This document shows, in pieces, positions 20,097 through 30,213 of a DNA stretch of 64,000 nt (position 1 is its first letter; every line of letters starts with the position of its first letter). The stretch is taken from contig CAVVPN010000011.1 in assembly GCA_963750165.1 (NCBI GenBank), positions 1,728,001-1,792,000 of the forward strand, in the 5' to 3' direction. The translations under genes were made by a program, and so were the position numbers. The notes under the pieces were generated by a model. The model had not been told where the DNA came from. It did no database searches and worked only from the letters and a program-made list of their open reading frames with translations. The DNA is from an uncultured Gemmataceae bacterium (GTDB taxonomy: Bacteria > Planctomycetota > Planctomycetia > Gemmatales > Gemmataceae).

Positions 20097-21026
20097 ATGC
20101 CGACCCAGGCCGTCATCGCCACCTGGCCGTTTGGCCAGACGGCGGCGCGCGTGGCGCTGCCGATGCTGCAAAAAGGCCGACCCGCACTCGACGCCGCCAT
20201 CGCCGGCGCCCAGGCCGTCGAGGACGATCCGCGCGTCAACTCGGTAGGCTACGGCGGCCTGGCCAACGCCATCGGCACCGTGACGCTGGACGCCTGCGTC
20301 ATGGACGGTCGCACCCTCGGCTGCGGTGCCGTCGCCGGCCTGGAGAACATCCGCCACCCCGCGGCGCTGGCACGGCGCGTCATGGAGCGAACGCCGCACA
20401 TTTTGCTGGTCGGCGAGGGCGCCCGCTGGTTCGCGCTGCAGCAGGGTTTTCCGCTGGAAACGCTGCTGACGCCCGATAGCGTCTCGCAATGGGAGAAGAC
20501 GCGGCCCAAGGCCCAGGCACCGAAGCCGAAACCGGGGCCGAACCCGGCGCCGGGGCCGGAGCCGTGGGATCCCATCGGTCACGACACGGTGACGGTGCTG
20601 GCGCTGGACCAGAAGAGCAATCTTGGCGGCGTCTGCACCACGTCGGGGCTGGCGCACAAACTGCCGGGCCGCGTCGGCGACTCGCCGCTGATCGGCTCGG
20701 GGCTGTACGTGGACAACACGGCGGGCGCCGCTGGCGCAACCGGCGTGGGCGAGGAGATCATCCGCATTAACGGCAGCTTTTTCGTGGTGGAGCACATGCG
20801 GGCGGGACGGACGCCGCAGCAGGCGTGCGAGTTGGCGGTGCGCAAGGTCAACGCGGTGGCAGCGCGGCGCGGCGTCCACCCGGCGCGGGTGGCCTTCCTG
20901 GCGCTGAACGTCAAGGGCGAGCTGGGGGGCGCGGCCACGGTCGGGACGAACTTTCAGTACGCGGTCAGCGTCGGCGACAAGGTGGAGTTGCGCAAGGCGC
21001 CGGAGATCCCGGCAGCCAAGCAATGA
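20097..21026 (+). CDS. Ntn-hydrolase, N(4)-(beta-N-acetylglucosaminyl)-L-asparaginase / asparaginase 2 family
   Basis: SVGYGG, LDACVMDG, HD|TV autocleavage site, TTSGLAHKLPGRVGDSP, ATGVGE. Confidence 0.92.
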   Translation: MPTQAVIATWPFGQTAARVALPMLQKGRPALDAAIAGAQAVEDDPRVNSVGYGGLANAIGTVTLDACVMDGRTLGCGAVAGLENIRHPAALARRVMERTPHILLVGEGARWFALQQGFPLETLLTPDSVSQWEKTRPKAQAPKPKPGPNPAPGPEPWDPIGHDTVTVLALDQKSNLGGVCTTSGLAHKLPGRVGDSPLIGSGLYVDNTAGAAGATGVGEEIIRINGSFFVVEHMRAGRTPQQACELAVRKVNAVAARRGVHPARVAFLALNVKGELGGAATVGTNFQYAVSVGDKVELRKAPEIPAAKQ

Positions 21027-21070
21027 CGCCGCATCCCCGCTCATCTACCGCTGGCGGCAGCACCAGCGCC

Positions 21071-24000
21071 TCAGTCAACCACGCTGAGGTGCAGCACCAC
21101 GCCAAGGTCGCGGTGTGGATTGTAGCTGGTCAGCGTCGGGGTGTTCCACGGTCCCGGGTGGCCCTGGTAGCGAATGATCTCCCCGGCCGCGTGCGTGTGC
21201 CGGAAGACCGCGGTTAGCTGCGTCGGGTTGGCCGCGTTGTCCACCGCGGTCACCACCACTACCTCCTCGTTGGCGGCGCCCTGGTTGACCACCAGCCGCG
21301 AGCCGACCTCCAGTTTGATCCGGTTGCCGCTCACCGTGAACAACTGCTGCGCATTGTTGAGGGTAATCGTCGTGGTCACCGGCACACCGTTGGTTACGGT
21401 GATGTTGTTCACCAGACTGATGGTGGCCGGCGTGAACGTGGTGCCATTCATGGCGTAGAACGAGTTGTCCACGCCCGTGCGGTCGATGATGGCGAAGAAG
21501 CGGTGACGGAGGTGGCGGTTCTCGTTACGGTACAGCTCGGCCCCCAGTGTCGCCGGCCTGACCGTCTCGTTGGTCACCTCGAAGAAGCCGACCGTCACCC
21601 ACACTGCGAAGACGTTGCTGCGCGTCGTCACGTTGTTGAACAGCTTCGTCAGCAGGGCGTTCTGCTGGTAGGGGTGCGCCGCGCCCGGCACGCTAAGCAG
21701 CGGTGTACCGCCGGGGCCCGCCGCGCCCGCCGTCAACAGTGTGTTGTTGAGGCCGATGGCGGTCGGGTACTGGTTGACGGCGACGGCCGTGGCGGCGGTG
21801 GTCACGCCGACGCTGAAGGGGCTGAAGGGGCGGTCAAATGTCGTCGCGTTGACCGCGGCCGCCCTGTGATGCCAGGTCGGATTGATCGTCCCCGTCGCCA
21901 GGCCCGGGCTGCGCCAGCCGATCATGTTGTTGTACAGCGTCGGCGCCTGCGCGGGAGAGTCGAGCAGGGCGTAAAACACCTCCGGCTCCCAGATGGTGTT
22001 GACGTTCACCTTGCCCGGCACGCGGAAGCGGCTGGCGGAGGTGTAGCCGGCGGCGTTGCTGCCCGTGGTGATGCTGTTGCCAGCGCCGCGGTCGTGCGTC
22101 TTGACGAACTCCAGGAAGCGGTAAATCCGTGAGGTCTGCATGAACCACGGGGCATAGTGGCCCGAGGGCGCTGCGACGCCAAACTTCTCCGTCAGGCGGT
22201 GCGGCGGGTAGGCGGAGACGTACAGCAGTTCCAGCGGGCTGATGAGCGGCCGGTCCAGGTGCGTCAACCAGTTGAACGGCACCGTCAGGGTTTGCGTCTG
22301 CGCCTGCGTCGTGGGGGGCGTGCTGCTCTCGCCGTTGTGGCGGAAGAAGGTGCTGTACGTCTGATAGGCGGTCGGCGGCGGCGTGGGATTCTGAGGCGTC
22401 AGGGCCACGCCGCCGGCGTAGGGCTGCTTACGGCCGAGCGTGCGATAGGTGTTGACCGGCGCCGGCGACGGGTTGATTTTCCCGCCGAGGTCGTAGACCG
22501 TGCCCTTGATGACCGTGACGTTGTTCATCACGTCCACGGTCACGTAGGGGTTGGTGACAGCGTTGTACGCCAGGTTGGGGCAGGCCAACCGCTGCAGCAG
22601 GATGGAGACGACAGCGGGGGCTTGGTTCACGCTCTTCGTCATTTTGAAGGACATCGCTGGGCTGGCGAGCGTCACCGGCAGGTTCGGGTTGCGGTTCTGG
22701 ATGAAGTTCGGCAACGGCGCCGCCCCGGTCTGTGGCCCGACCACGTAAAAGCCCTGGTTGGTCTGGGTGGTGTCACGGTAGGCGCCGTTGGCGGGCAGGA
22801 TGCGGCGTTGCGTGGCGGTGGTGCCCCAGGTCGTCAGCTGGTTTAGCAGCGCCGCGGCGGGCGCCTGGCCGGTCGTGTTGCCGGGACTGGTCAGGCCGTT
22901 GGTGGCCGTGGCCAACGTCGGGTCCATGACCTGGAGCCGATACGGCACCTGGAGCGTCTTGGTCGATGGGTACTGCAGTGTCGCGATGCCGGTGTCGGTC
23001 GTGCGGAGCGGGCTGACCACCTGGTTCCGGAACGAGTTGTGCAGCTCCACCCAGGCGTTGAGCTGGAAGTAGGTGGCCTTCTGCTGGGCGACGTTGGGGG
23101 GCGCCAGGCCCGGGTCGTGGGAGTCGTTGTCGTAGGTGACGAAGGCCTCGTTGAGCAGCGCGCGCGGCAACTCGGTGCCATAGACCCACTCGCTCTGACC
23201 GTTGCGGTTGAACCAGTTGAACGGCGTCATGTAGTCGTCGTCGTCGAGGTAATCGACGATGTTGACGGCCAGCTGCGCCAGCCAGCGGGCGGCCTGGAAG
23301 TCGGTCGGGGCATTTGCCAGGTTGAAGCCGGCCGGAACGGTCCACTGCGGGTTGTTCGGGTCGCGGGCGCCGGTGGTCTGGATCAGGATGGTGTAAAGGT
23401 CCTGGGCCAGCTGTTGCCGCGTCGTCTGGGCGAGGTTGAACTGGGCGAGGTTGGCTTTGGCGATCAAGCCCGTGTTGGCGTTAAACGTCGGGTAATCGAC
23501 CAGTTGGCGGCTGAGGTCGAGGCGGTTCAGGGCGGCGCTGACGGCACGCCAGGTGTTCCCGTCGAACTCACTGCCGGCCTGCGTGTTGCCGCGCTGGGCG
23601 GTGGTGGGGAAGGCGATCGCCGGGCCGGTCGGGAAGGCGCCATTGGCGACATAGTTGTAAGTCGGGTCGGTGTAGGGGTTGTTCCACACCCAGGGCGTCA
23701 CGCCGGGCAGTTCGTAGTCAGAGCTGTCGGTGGTCAGCAGATAGCGCAACTTCTCGTGGTTAGCGAGGAAATTCTGCGGCAGCAGTCGCAGCAGTTCAGA
23801 GGTCAGGGCGGGGCGCCCCGGTCGCCGCGGCGCAGCAGCGCCTCCTGGTTGCTGGTGGGGAACTTGCGGTCAGGGGTCAGCGGGGCGAAGAAGCTGAAGT
23901 TCGAGGGGTGGTTGGCTGGCACGAGCGTGGCGTTGTTGTAGCCCGTGAAGGTCGGGAAGGTGAGGAACTGGCCGGCGGTCGGCAGCACGGGCGGGGTGCC

Positions 24001-25190
24001 GCTGCCGATGATGTCCACCGGTGCATACCAGGGGCCGAGGGCGCCGGCGTCGGCGCCGTGCCGTGCGGGGCGGTGTTGTTCAGGCCGTAGAGGCCGACCT
24101 GCGGCAGAGCATTGTTGCCCTGGAAGACGTTATTGAACTCGGTCGGCACTGTGCCGAGCCGCGTCAGGTTCATTTCCCAGCGGCCCCAGCCCTGGTTCGA
24201 CCGGGCCAACATGCTACCGGCGATGTTCAGGTTGATGCGGTTGTCCAGGTCGATGATGAGCGGCGCGAACAGCATCTTGTAGCGCCGGCCGTCGGGCGCC
24301 GTCATGATGGGGGCGTCCAGGTCGATCCAGAGGCTGTCGTTGCCGCCGACGCCGTAGGCACCGAGGCCGAAGGGGAGGTTGCGCACGTCGCCGCCGCGGT
24401 CCTCGGGGTAGGGGAAGCCGGGGTTGCCGTTGATGCCGGCGTTGTCCACCGGCCGCGGCCGCAGCGTCTTGTACTTGCCGCTGGTGTTGAGCCAGTTGCT
24501 GGCGGCGGTTGCCTGCTGAGCCAGGCTGCCAAACAGGTACTCGCGGTGGAACGATGGCGTCAACACGGTGCCGTCGGAGCGGATCGCCGCCAGGAAGAAG
24601 TTGTGCAGGTCGGGGTAGGTGTACGGCACGTTGACGCCGAAGGTTTGCGTGCTCAGCGCCGACGCCAGGTTGGCGCGGAAGCCGATGCGTTCCGGGTCGC
24701 GCAGGGGGCCGCCCAGGCCCTGGAAGAAGGTGTAGTTGATGGCCTCGTAGTCATCGATGCCGGTGAGGGCGCCGGCGCCCATGGCGGCGGTGAGGGAGTA
24801 GTGCAGCCGGCCGGTGCCGCTGAACGGGGCGCTGCGGCAGTGCATAATCATCTGCGGCGGGCTGACGGTGGTGTCGAAATCGTAGTCCATGCCGTAGACG
24901 GTGCGCAGCAGGGAGTGGCCGCGCAGCGCCGAGTAGGCGCCGCCGGTGTCGTCGCGTTCGTCGTAGATGAGTTTGCCGAGGAAGAAGCCCATGGCCGCTT
25001 CGGGATCGATGTCCGGGACGCGCAGGTCCACTGCCTCACGGGCGGAGCCGGAGGCGGTCGCCTCGGACTCGGCGTAAGTGACGAAGGCGATACCGGTGAT
25101 CGCGAACAGCGTCAGCATGGTGATGACGATGAGCAGCACCATGCCCGGCCGGCGGCCAGCGGTCGGCGAAAACGGCGGTTGCAATATCAT
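21071..25190 (-). CDS. Large (~1370 aa) PilX/GspK-like protein with prepilin-type N-terminus (two apparent frameshifts near 24045 and 23812)
   Basis: RRPG|MVLLIVITMLTLFAITGIAF N-terminus. ORFs 23877-25217, 23803-24018 and 21071-23749 join into one Asn/Thr/Pro-rich protein with GKVNVNT and TTRSNVFAVWVTVGFFEV. Confidence 0.7.
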
Positions 25191-25215
25191 GGCCGAAAAC
25201 TCCCGTTGAGGAGGC

Positions 25216-25298
25216 ATTAGGCATTAGTCATTAGTTTTCAGACATCAGTCCCTGGTCATTAAATTCTGTCCTAATGACTAATGACTAATGACTAATGA
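25216..25298. repeat. CTAATGA heptamer tandem repeat with inverted copies
   Basis: CATTAGG-CATTAGT-CATTAG on the left, (CTAATGA)x4 at 25271-25298. Confidence 0.8.
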
Positions 25299-25309
25299 TT
25301 ATTACATAT

Positions 25310-25677
25310 GCAGCACGCCGCGACCGCGGCCGGCCAGCGACGCCAGCGTCGCCGCCACGCTCTCATTGGCCAGCGTGCCGCCGCCGTTGAGGATGGCCGC
25401 GGCGGGCGCGTTGACCAACTCCGCCAGCTGGTGGAGCACGAACTGGAAGCGACGGATGAACTCGAGGCCGCGGTGGTAAAAGGGCGCAGCCGTCCCGGCA
25501 CCTCGTATGGCAGAGAGGTTATAGACCTTTGCGGTAGTTTGCAAGGACTTGCTGAAAAGAGAACGGTCTGAAGGCCGCCGCTTCGTTAAACCTTCTTGTT
25601 TGTAGGTTCTGCGATAGATCTCCAGCAAGGGAGCAGGCGTTCACGCCGTCGGAAAAGACCGCGTGTTCAGTGTTCGG
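25310..25677 (-). pseudogene. Diverged partial duplicate of the aminotransferase gene and its upstream region
   Basis: 25310-25478 matches 18912-19080 and 25480-25677 matches 19808-20004, with scattered substitutions. Confidence 0.9.
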
Positions 25678-25885
25678 TGTTGTGGTCCGCGGACAGGCCG
25701 ACGCCCCCACAGGGTTTCAACAATGCAGAATGCTTCTTTTTTATGAAGTTGCTGACCTGTTCCGACGAATGGATTGATGTATACTATACAAGAGAACACT
25801 AAACCTGCATTCGCCCTCAAACGCAGCGTAATCAACCAGTGGTCGCCGGCCCATTGCGGCCGGCCCTGTTCCGAGGAGGTGCATC

Positions 25886-26243
25886 ATGAAGAAGTCCGAA
25901 ACCCCGGCTGCGGACACCGCGCCGAACCGCCCCAGCGTCCAGGAGCTGACGCAGGCGCTGGCGGAGCCGTTCGAGTCCGCCGAGGTCAAGTTCAAGCCGG
26001 CGGTGGTCAGCGGCAATCGCGCCATGGCGCTGGCCTACGTCGATGCGCGCGTCATTCAAGACCGCCTGGACGATGTGCTCGGCGTCGAAGGTTGGCAGGA
26101 CGACTACGAGTGCCGCGAGGACGGCAGCGTGATTTGCCGGCTGCGGCTGCGGCTCGGCGATGAGTGGGTCACCAAGGTGGATGTGGGCGGCCCCAGCGAG
26201 CAGCCCGACGGCGGCGACCGACTCAAGGCGGCGTTCTCCGACG
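25886..26243 (+). CDS. Rad52/Rad22-family single-strand annealing protein, exon 1
   Basis: GGAGG RBS; ALAYVDARVIQDRLDDVLGVEGW...CRLRL...KVDVG...LKAAFSD, interrupted by the intron. Confidence 0.88.
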
Positions 26244-28693
26244 GTGCGCCGTGTCACGGCTGATCTCATCACCGCTTGAAGCGGTAGGGACTTGACCGAA
26301 GTCCCTGGGCCAGCGCCTAAGCCGAGTCCGAAAGGACGGAGCAAAAATAGCATGGCGTGCAGAAGCGTGGAGTGGAGTAACCGCAATACAAACTGCCACG
26401 CAGGCCCGCGTCCCAAGGCTAAGGCTAAACTGCTTGAATCCGAATCCCCAAGCGCTTATGAAGCGAGCCTCCGGAAACGCGGTTGATTACCGGATGCGGT
26501 TGGTATGCGAGGAAAAGTGCGTCGGGTTCCCCGCAAGGTCAAGCCAACCGGCGACCACAAGACAGTGAGTTCAAGGGGATGAGTCGGAAGCCTACAGGAC
26601 GCTAGAACGTGAGAGCAGTTCGGAACACGGGATTGCCTACGGGGGGCGACCCCTATGGCAACGGAGCCGCCGTAGTAGTCCGAGGTCGGGAAAGCCGGCC
26701 ACATGGCGAAGGGCGGCAGGTGTCTGAAGACCTGGCATACGAAGGCGGTGCGTGATGCACAACACCCAACGTAAAGACGCGATCCACGAGGAACGCGGCA
26801 GGCGAGGTCTGAAACTGGAACGTCTGTATCGTGAACTCTACGACCTGGACCGCTACTTGCAGGCGTACGGCAAGCTGTACCGCAACGACGGTGCCATGAC
26901 GCCCGGAGTGACGACGGAAACGGTGGACGGAACGTCGGTGGAGAAGATGCAACTGATCATCCGGCACCTGCGGGATGGCAGTTTCGGCTGGACGCCGACC
27001 AAGCGAATCCACATCCCCAAGAAAAACGGGAAGATGAGGCCGCTGGGATTACCGACGTGGTCCGACAAACTGGTCCAAGAAGTAATCCGCTCCCTCCTGG
27101 AGCCTTACTACGAGGCCAAGTTTCAGGACAGCAGCCACGGGTTCCGACCGAACCGAGGGTGCCACACCGCCCTGCAAACCTGCAAGCAGAAATTCAGGGG
27201 GGCGAGTTGGTTCATCGAAGGGGACATCAAGGGATGCTTCGACAACATCGATCACGATGTCTTGCTCGACATCCTGCGGGAATCCATCGACGATGAACGA
27301 TTCGTTCGGCTCGTCAAGGACATGCTGGAAGCGGGGTATTTGGAGGAATGGCGGTATCACGACACCCACTCGGGGACTCCCCAAGGCGGCGTGATCAGCC
27401 CCCTCCTGGCCAACGTCTACCTGCATAAACTGGACGAGTTCGTGGAAGACGTCCTGATCCCTCGACACACCCGAGGAGGAACAAGGAAGCACAACCCGGA
27501 ATACCGGAGCATCTGTGACCAGATGAAGAAGGCCAAGAAGTACGAGGACTGGAACAGCTGGTGGGAACTAAAGAAGGTGCAACGCACCCTCCCGTCCCTC
27601 AACCAAATGGACCCAGCCTTCCGGAGACTGGCCTACGTCCGTTATGCCGACGACTTCCTCCTCTCGTTCACGGGGCCAAGGTCAGAAGCCGAAGACATCA
27701 GGCAGCAAATCGGTGACTTCCTGAAAAGCACCCTGAAGCTGCAACTGTCCGAGGAAAAGACTTTGATCACCCACGCGAGGACCGAGAAAGCACGATTCCT
27801 GGGGTATGACATCACGATTATGCACGAAAATAATCAGATGTCAGCCGGCAGAAATCACGCCGGACGGTTCTTCAAACGGTCGATCAACGGGGGCGTCATG
27901 CTCTCGGTGCCCTGGGAAAAGATCGAGGCGAAGTGCCATGACTTTATGAAAGGCGACAAAATCCGCAAGCGACTCGACCAGACAACCAACGAGGACTTCT
28001 CCATCGTGGCCTGGTACGGGATCGTCTTCCGAGGCGTGGCCGAATACTACTGCATGGCACACGACCGGGCGAAGAAGCTGTCAAAGCTGAAAAACGTCAT
28101 GCAAACGTCGATGCTAAAAACTCTGGCTGCCAAGCACAAGACGAGTGTCGCTGCAATGGCAGGCAAATACAGAGTCCAACTTCAGACGCCAAATGGCGAA
28201 TACACAGCTTACCAAGTGGTGATTCCGAGAGAAGGAAAACTCCCGCTCATCGCCACCTTTGGGGGCTTCGGGCTCAGACGGCAGGACAAGGACATCAACG
28301 ACGCCCCGTCCCGTAACCGGAACGGGCGAACTGAAATCCTGGAACGACTTCTGGCAGACCAGTGCGAATACTGCGGAGCAGAAGGGGACTGCGAAGTCCA
28401 CCACATCCGCAAACTGGCGGCACTGCTGAAGCAGAAGAAGGTCACAGGATGGAAGCGGTTGATGACCATCAGAAAACGAAAGACGTTAGTTCTCTGTCAG
28501 AAATGCCACTCGGCACTACATGCCGGGAAACTGGACTAACAGAGACTCCGGAGACACTGGAGAGCCGGATGCGATGAAAGTTGCACGTCCGGTTCGGAGG
28601 GGGGCCATCGGAAAAGGGACTCATCCACGTTCGGGAACTGGTTACTGGTTGACTGTTCCCGGTATGAGTCACCTCGCCGGTGGCCTACCCTAC
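26244..28693 (+). mobile_element. Group II intron (IIA-type), 2450 nt
   Basis: 5' GTGCG; domain V GAGAGCCGGATGCGATGAAAGTTGCACGTCCGGTTCGG at ~28560; 3' end CCCTAC; removal restores the host ORF; visibly less GC-rich than the flanks. Confidence 0.95.
26755..28539 (+). CDS. ltrA: Group II intron-encoded reverse transcriptase/maturase with HNH endonuclease
   Basis: RPLGLPTWSDK, SHGFRPNRGCH, WFIEGDIKGCFDNI, GTPQGG, YVRYADD, FLGY, CEYC..EVHH...CQKCH. Confidence 0.95.
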   Translation: MHNTQRKDAIHEERGRRGLKLERLYRELYDLDRYLQAYGKLYRNDGAMTPGVTTETVDGTSVEKMQLIIRHLRDGSFGWTPTKRIHIPKKNGKMRPLGLPTWSDKLVQEVIRSLLEPYYEAKFQDSSHGFRPNRGCHTALQTCKQKFRGASWFIEGDIKGCFDNIDHDVLLDILRESIDDERFVRLVKDMLEAGYLEEWRYHDTHSGTPQGGVISPLLANVYLHKLDEFVEDVLIPRHTRGGTRKHNPEYRSICDQMKKAKKYEDWNSWWELKKVQRTLPSLNQMDPAFRRLAYVRYADDFLLSFTGPRSEAEDIRQQIGDFLKSTLKLQLSEEKTLITHARTEKARFLGYDITIMHENNQMSAGRNHAGRFFKRSINGGVMLSVPWEKIEAKCHDFMKGDKIRKRLDQTTNEDFSIVAWYGIVFRGVAEYYCMAHDRAKKLSKLKNVMQTSMLKTLAAKHKTSVAAMAGKYRVQLQTPNGEYTAYQVVIPREGKLPLIATFGGFGLRRQDKDINDAPSRNRNGRTEILERLLADQCEYCGAEGDCEVHHIRKLAALLKQKKVTGWKRLMTIRKRKTLVLCQKCHSALHAGKLD

Positions 28694-29181
28694 CGCTGAA
28701 GCGCGCCGCGGTCAAGTTCGGCATCGGCCGTTATTTGTATCGACTGCCGAACCAGTGGGTCGATTACGACATGCAGAAGCGCACCTTCGCGCGGACGCCG
28801 ACGCTGCCGGCGATGTACCTGCCGAAGAAGGCCGAGCCGGTACTTGAGGCCGCGGCCCCGGCACCGAAGCCCACCGCGAAACCCGCGGCCAAACCGGCGC
28901 CGAAGACCGCCGCCAGGGTCGCGGCGCACACACTGCCGAGCAGCGGCGACGAGTTCCAGCGGCGGTTGTACGACTATGACGCCAAGCTGGCACGCGAGGG
29001 CGTGTGTCAACCGGGTGAACTGGTCAAGCGCGTCGTCGAGGCGGGCGCGAAGGCAGGCTTCGACCCGGACCTGGCCACCTGGGACGCCCGGGGCATCACC
29101 CTGGCTGCGGAGCAGACCAAGGTGTTCGAGGCACACGCCCGGCAGCGGCCGGCACCGCCGCAGCGCAAGGAAGTCGCGTAG
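28694..29181 (+). CDS. Rad52/Rad22-family protein, exon 2
   Basis: Spliced junction GAC G|CG CTG AAG gives SDALKRAAVKFGIGRYLYRLP. Confidence 0.88.
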
Positions 29182-29186
29182 GGAAA

Positions 29187-29294
29187 AGGATTTCACCACA
29201 GAGAACGTGGAGAATGCGGAGAAAAAACAAAGAATGGCAATTTAATTCTTTTGTCGTTTCTCCGCGCACTCCGCGTTCTCTGTGGTGAAATCCT
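29187..29294. repeat. TTCACCACAGAG-family long inverted repeat between convergent genes
   Basis: GGATTTCACCACAGAGAAC...GTTCTCTGTGGTGAAATCC; related to 36896-37000 and 60703-60757. Confidence 0.8.
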
Positions 29295-29299
29295 CTTCG

Positions 29300-29863
29300 T
29301 TAACCGCCCGCCGAGCGCTGCACCTCCTGCGCCGTCTTCAACGAACTCTTCCAATCATCCACGCCCGAGCGCCAGTCGTCCACCTGCTCCGAAGGAACGA
29401 CCGCGACCAGCGTGCCGGTGACGTTCGCTAGCACCGGCGCGATCGCCGATTTCTCCAGCAATTCGTCGGTGACGGTGTGGGGGAAATTCATCATGGCCAG
29501 GAAGATGCCGCCGAGCACCACGGCGGTCTTGCCAGCGCCGAGGACGCCGCCAAGGACGCAATTCATCGTCTGCAGCTTGATCTCCTTGAGCCACTTCTCC
29601 GCGGCCAGTGAGGCGAAGTGGAACGCCAGGTACACGACCACGAACACCAGCAAATAAGCCAGCGCCCCGCTGACGCGCGGGTCCGCTTCCTGGAGCACCG
29701 CGTCGGACAGGGCACTGCTGGCCCATTCGTGCAGGGCGACCGCGGCGTAGACGCCGACACTGAGGCCGACAACGCGCGCCACCTGCATGAGCAGCCCGGA
29801 GATGGCGCCGAAGGTTGCCCCGACGCCGAGTAGAACCAGGATGATGGTGTCGAGCCAGTGCAT
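29300..29863 (-). CDS. CvpA family membrane protein
   Basis: MHWLDTIILVLL, four TM helices, LGGVLGAGK, S-x-IAP. Confidence 0.85.
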   Translation of the reverse strand: MHWLDTIILVLLGVGATFGAISGLLMQVARVVGLSVGVYAAVALHEWASSALSDAVLQEADPRVSGALAYLLVFVVVYLAFHFASLAAEKWLKEIKLQTMNCVLGGVLGAGKTAVVLGGIFLAMMNFPHTVTDELLEKSAIAPVLANVTGTLVAVVPSEQVDDWRSGVDDWKSSLKTAQEVQRSAGG

Positions 29864-30105
29864 GGCGTGCATCCTCGGGGCGGGCAGGACTCAAACCTCA
29901 TTATTCACATCCGGTCAACCGACGCAAGCACCGCCGGATGAATCCGTGAGCTGGCGGCGCCGACCAGACCGCACGGCCGCCCTATTTGGTAATTCGCTCA
30001 CCGTCGCCCATCCTCGGCGCAAAATGTAACTCCCGCGCCCGCCGCTGGCTCCAATCCCGAGATGTACCGCCGTTTTTGGGTGTGCCGCTGGATTTGGCAT
30101 TTGCG

Positions 30106-30173
30106 GGCGAACGGCGCGGCGTCAGCCCGCCGGTGCTTCAAAGTACCGGCGGCCTGACGCCGCGCTGCTCGCC
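30106..30173. repeat. Palindromic REP-like element
   Basis: GCGCGGCGTCAGCCCGCCGGT...ACCGGCGGCCTGACGCCGCGC. Confidence 0.7.
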
Positions 30174-30213
30174 AGGGAGTGACCTTGGCCGCGCTGGTCG
30201 CAGTAGTTGGCGC

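Noticed and set aside
26755..28539. RT as retron, DGR or defence RT
   Set aside because: Group II intron ends, domain V, maturase and HNH domains, and exact exon rejoining identify it as an intron-encoded protein
25886..29181. Prophage around the Rad52-like gene
   Set aside because: No phage structural, integrase or replication genes nearby
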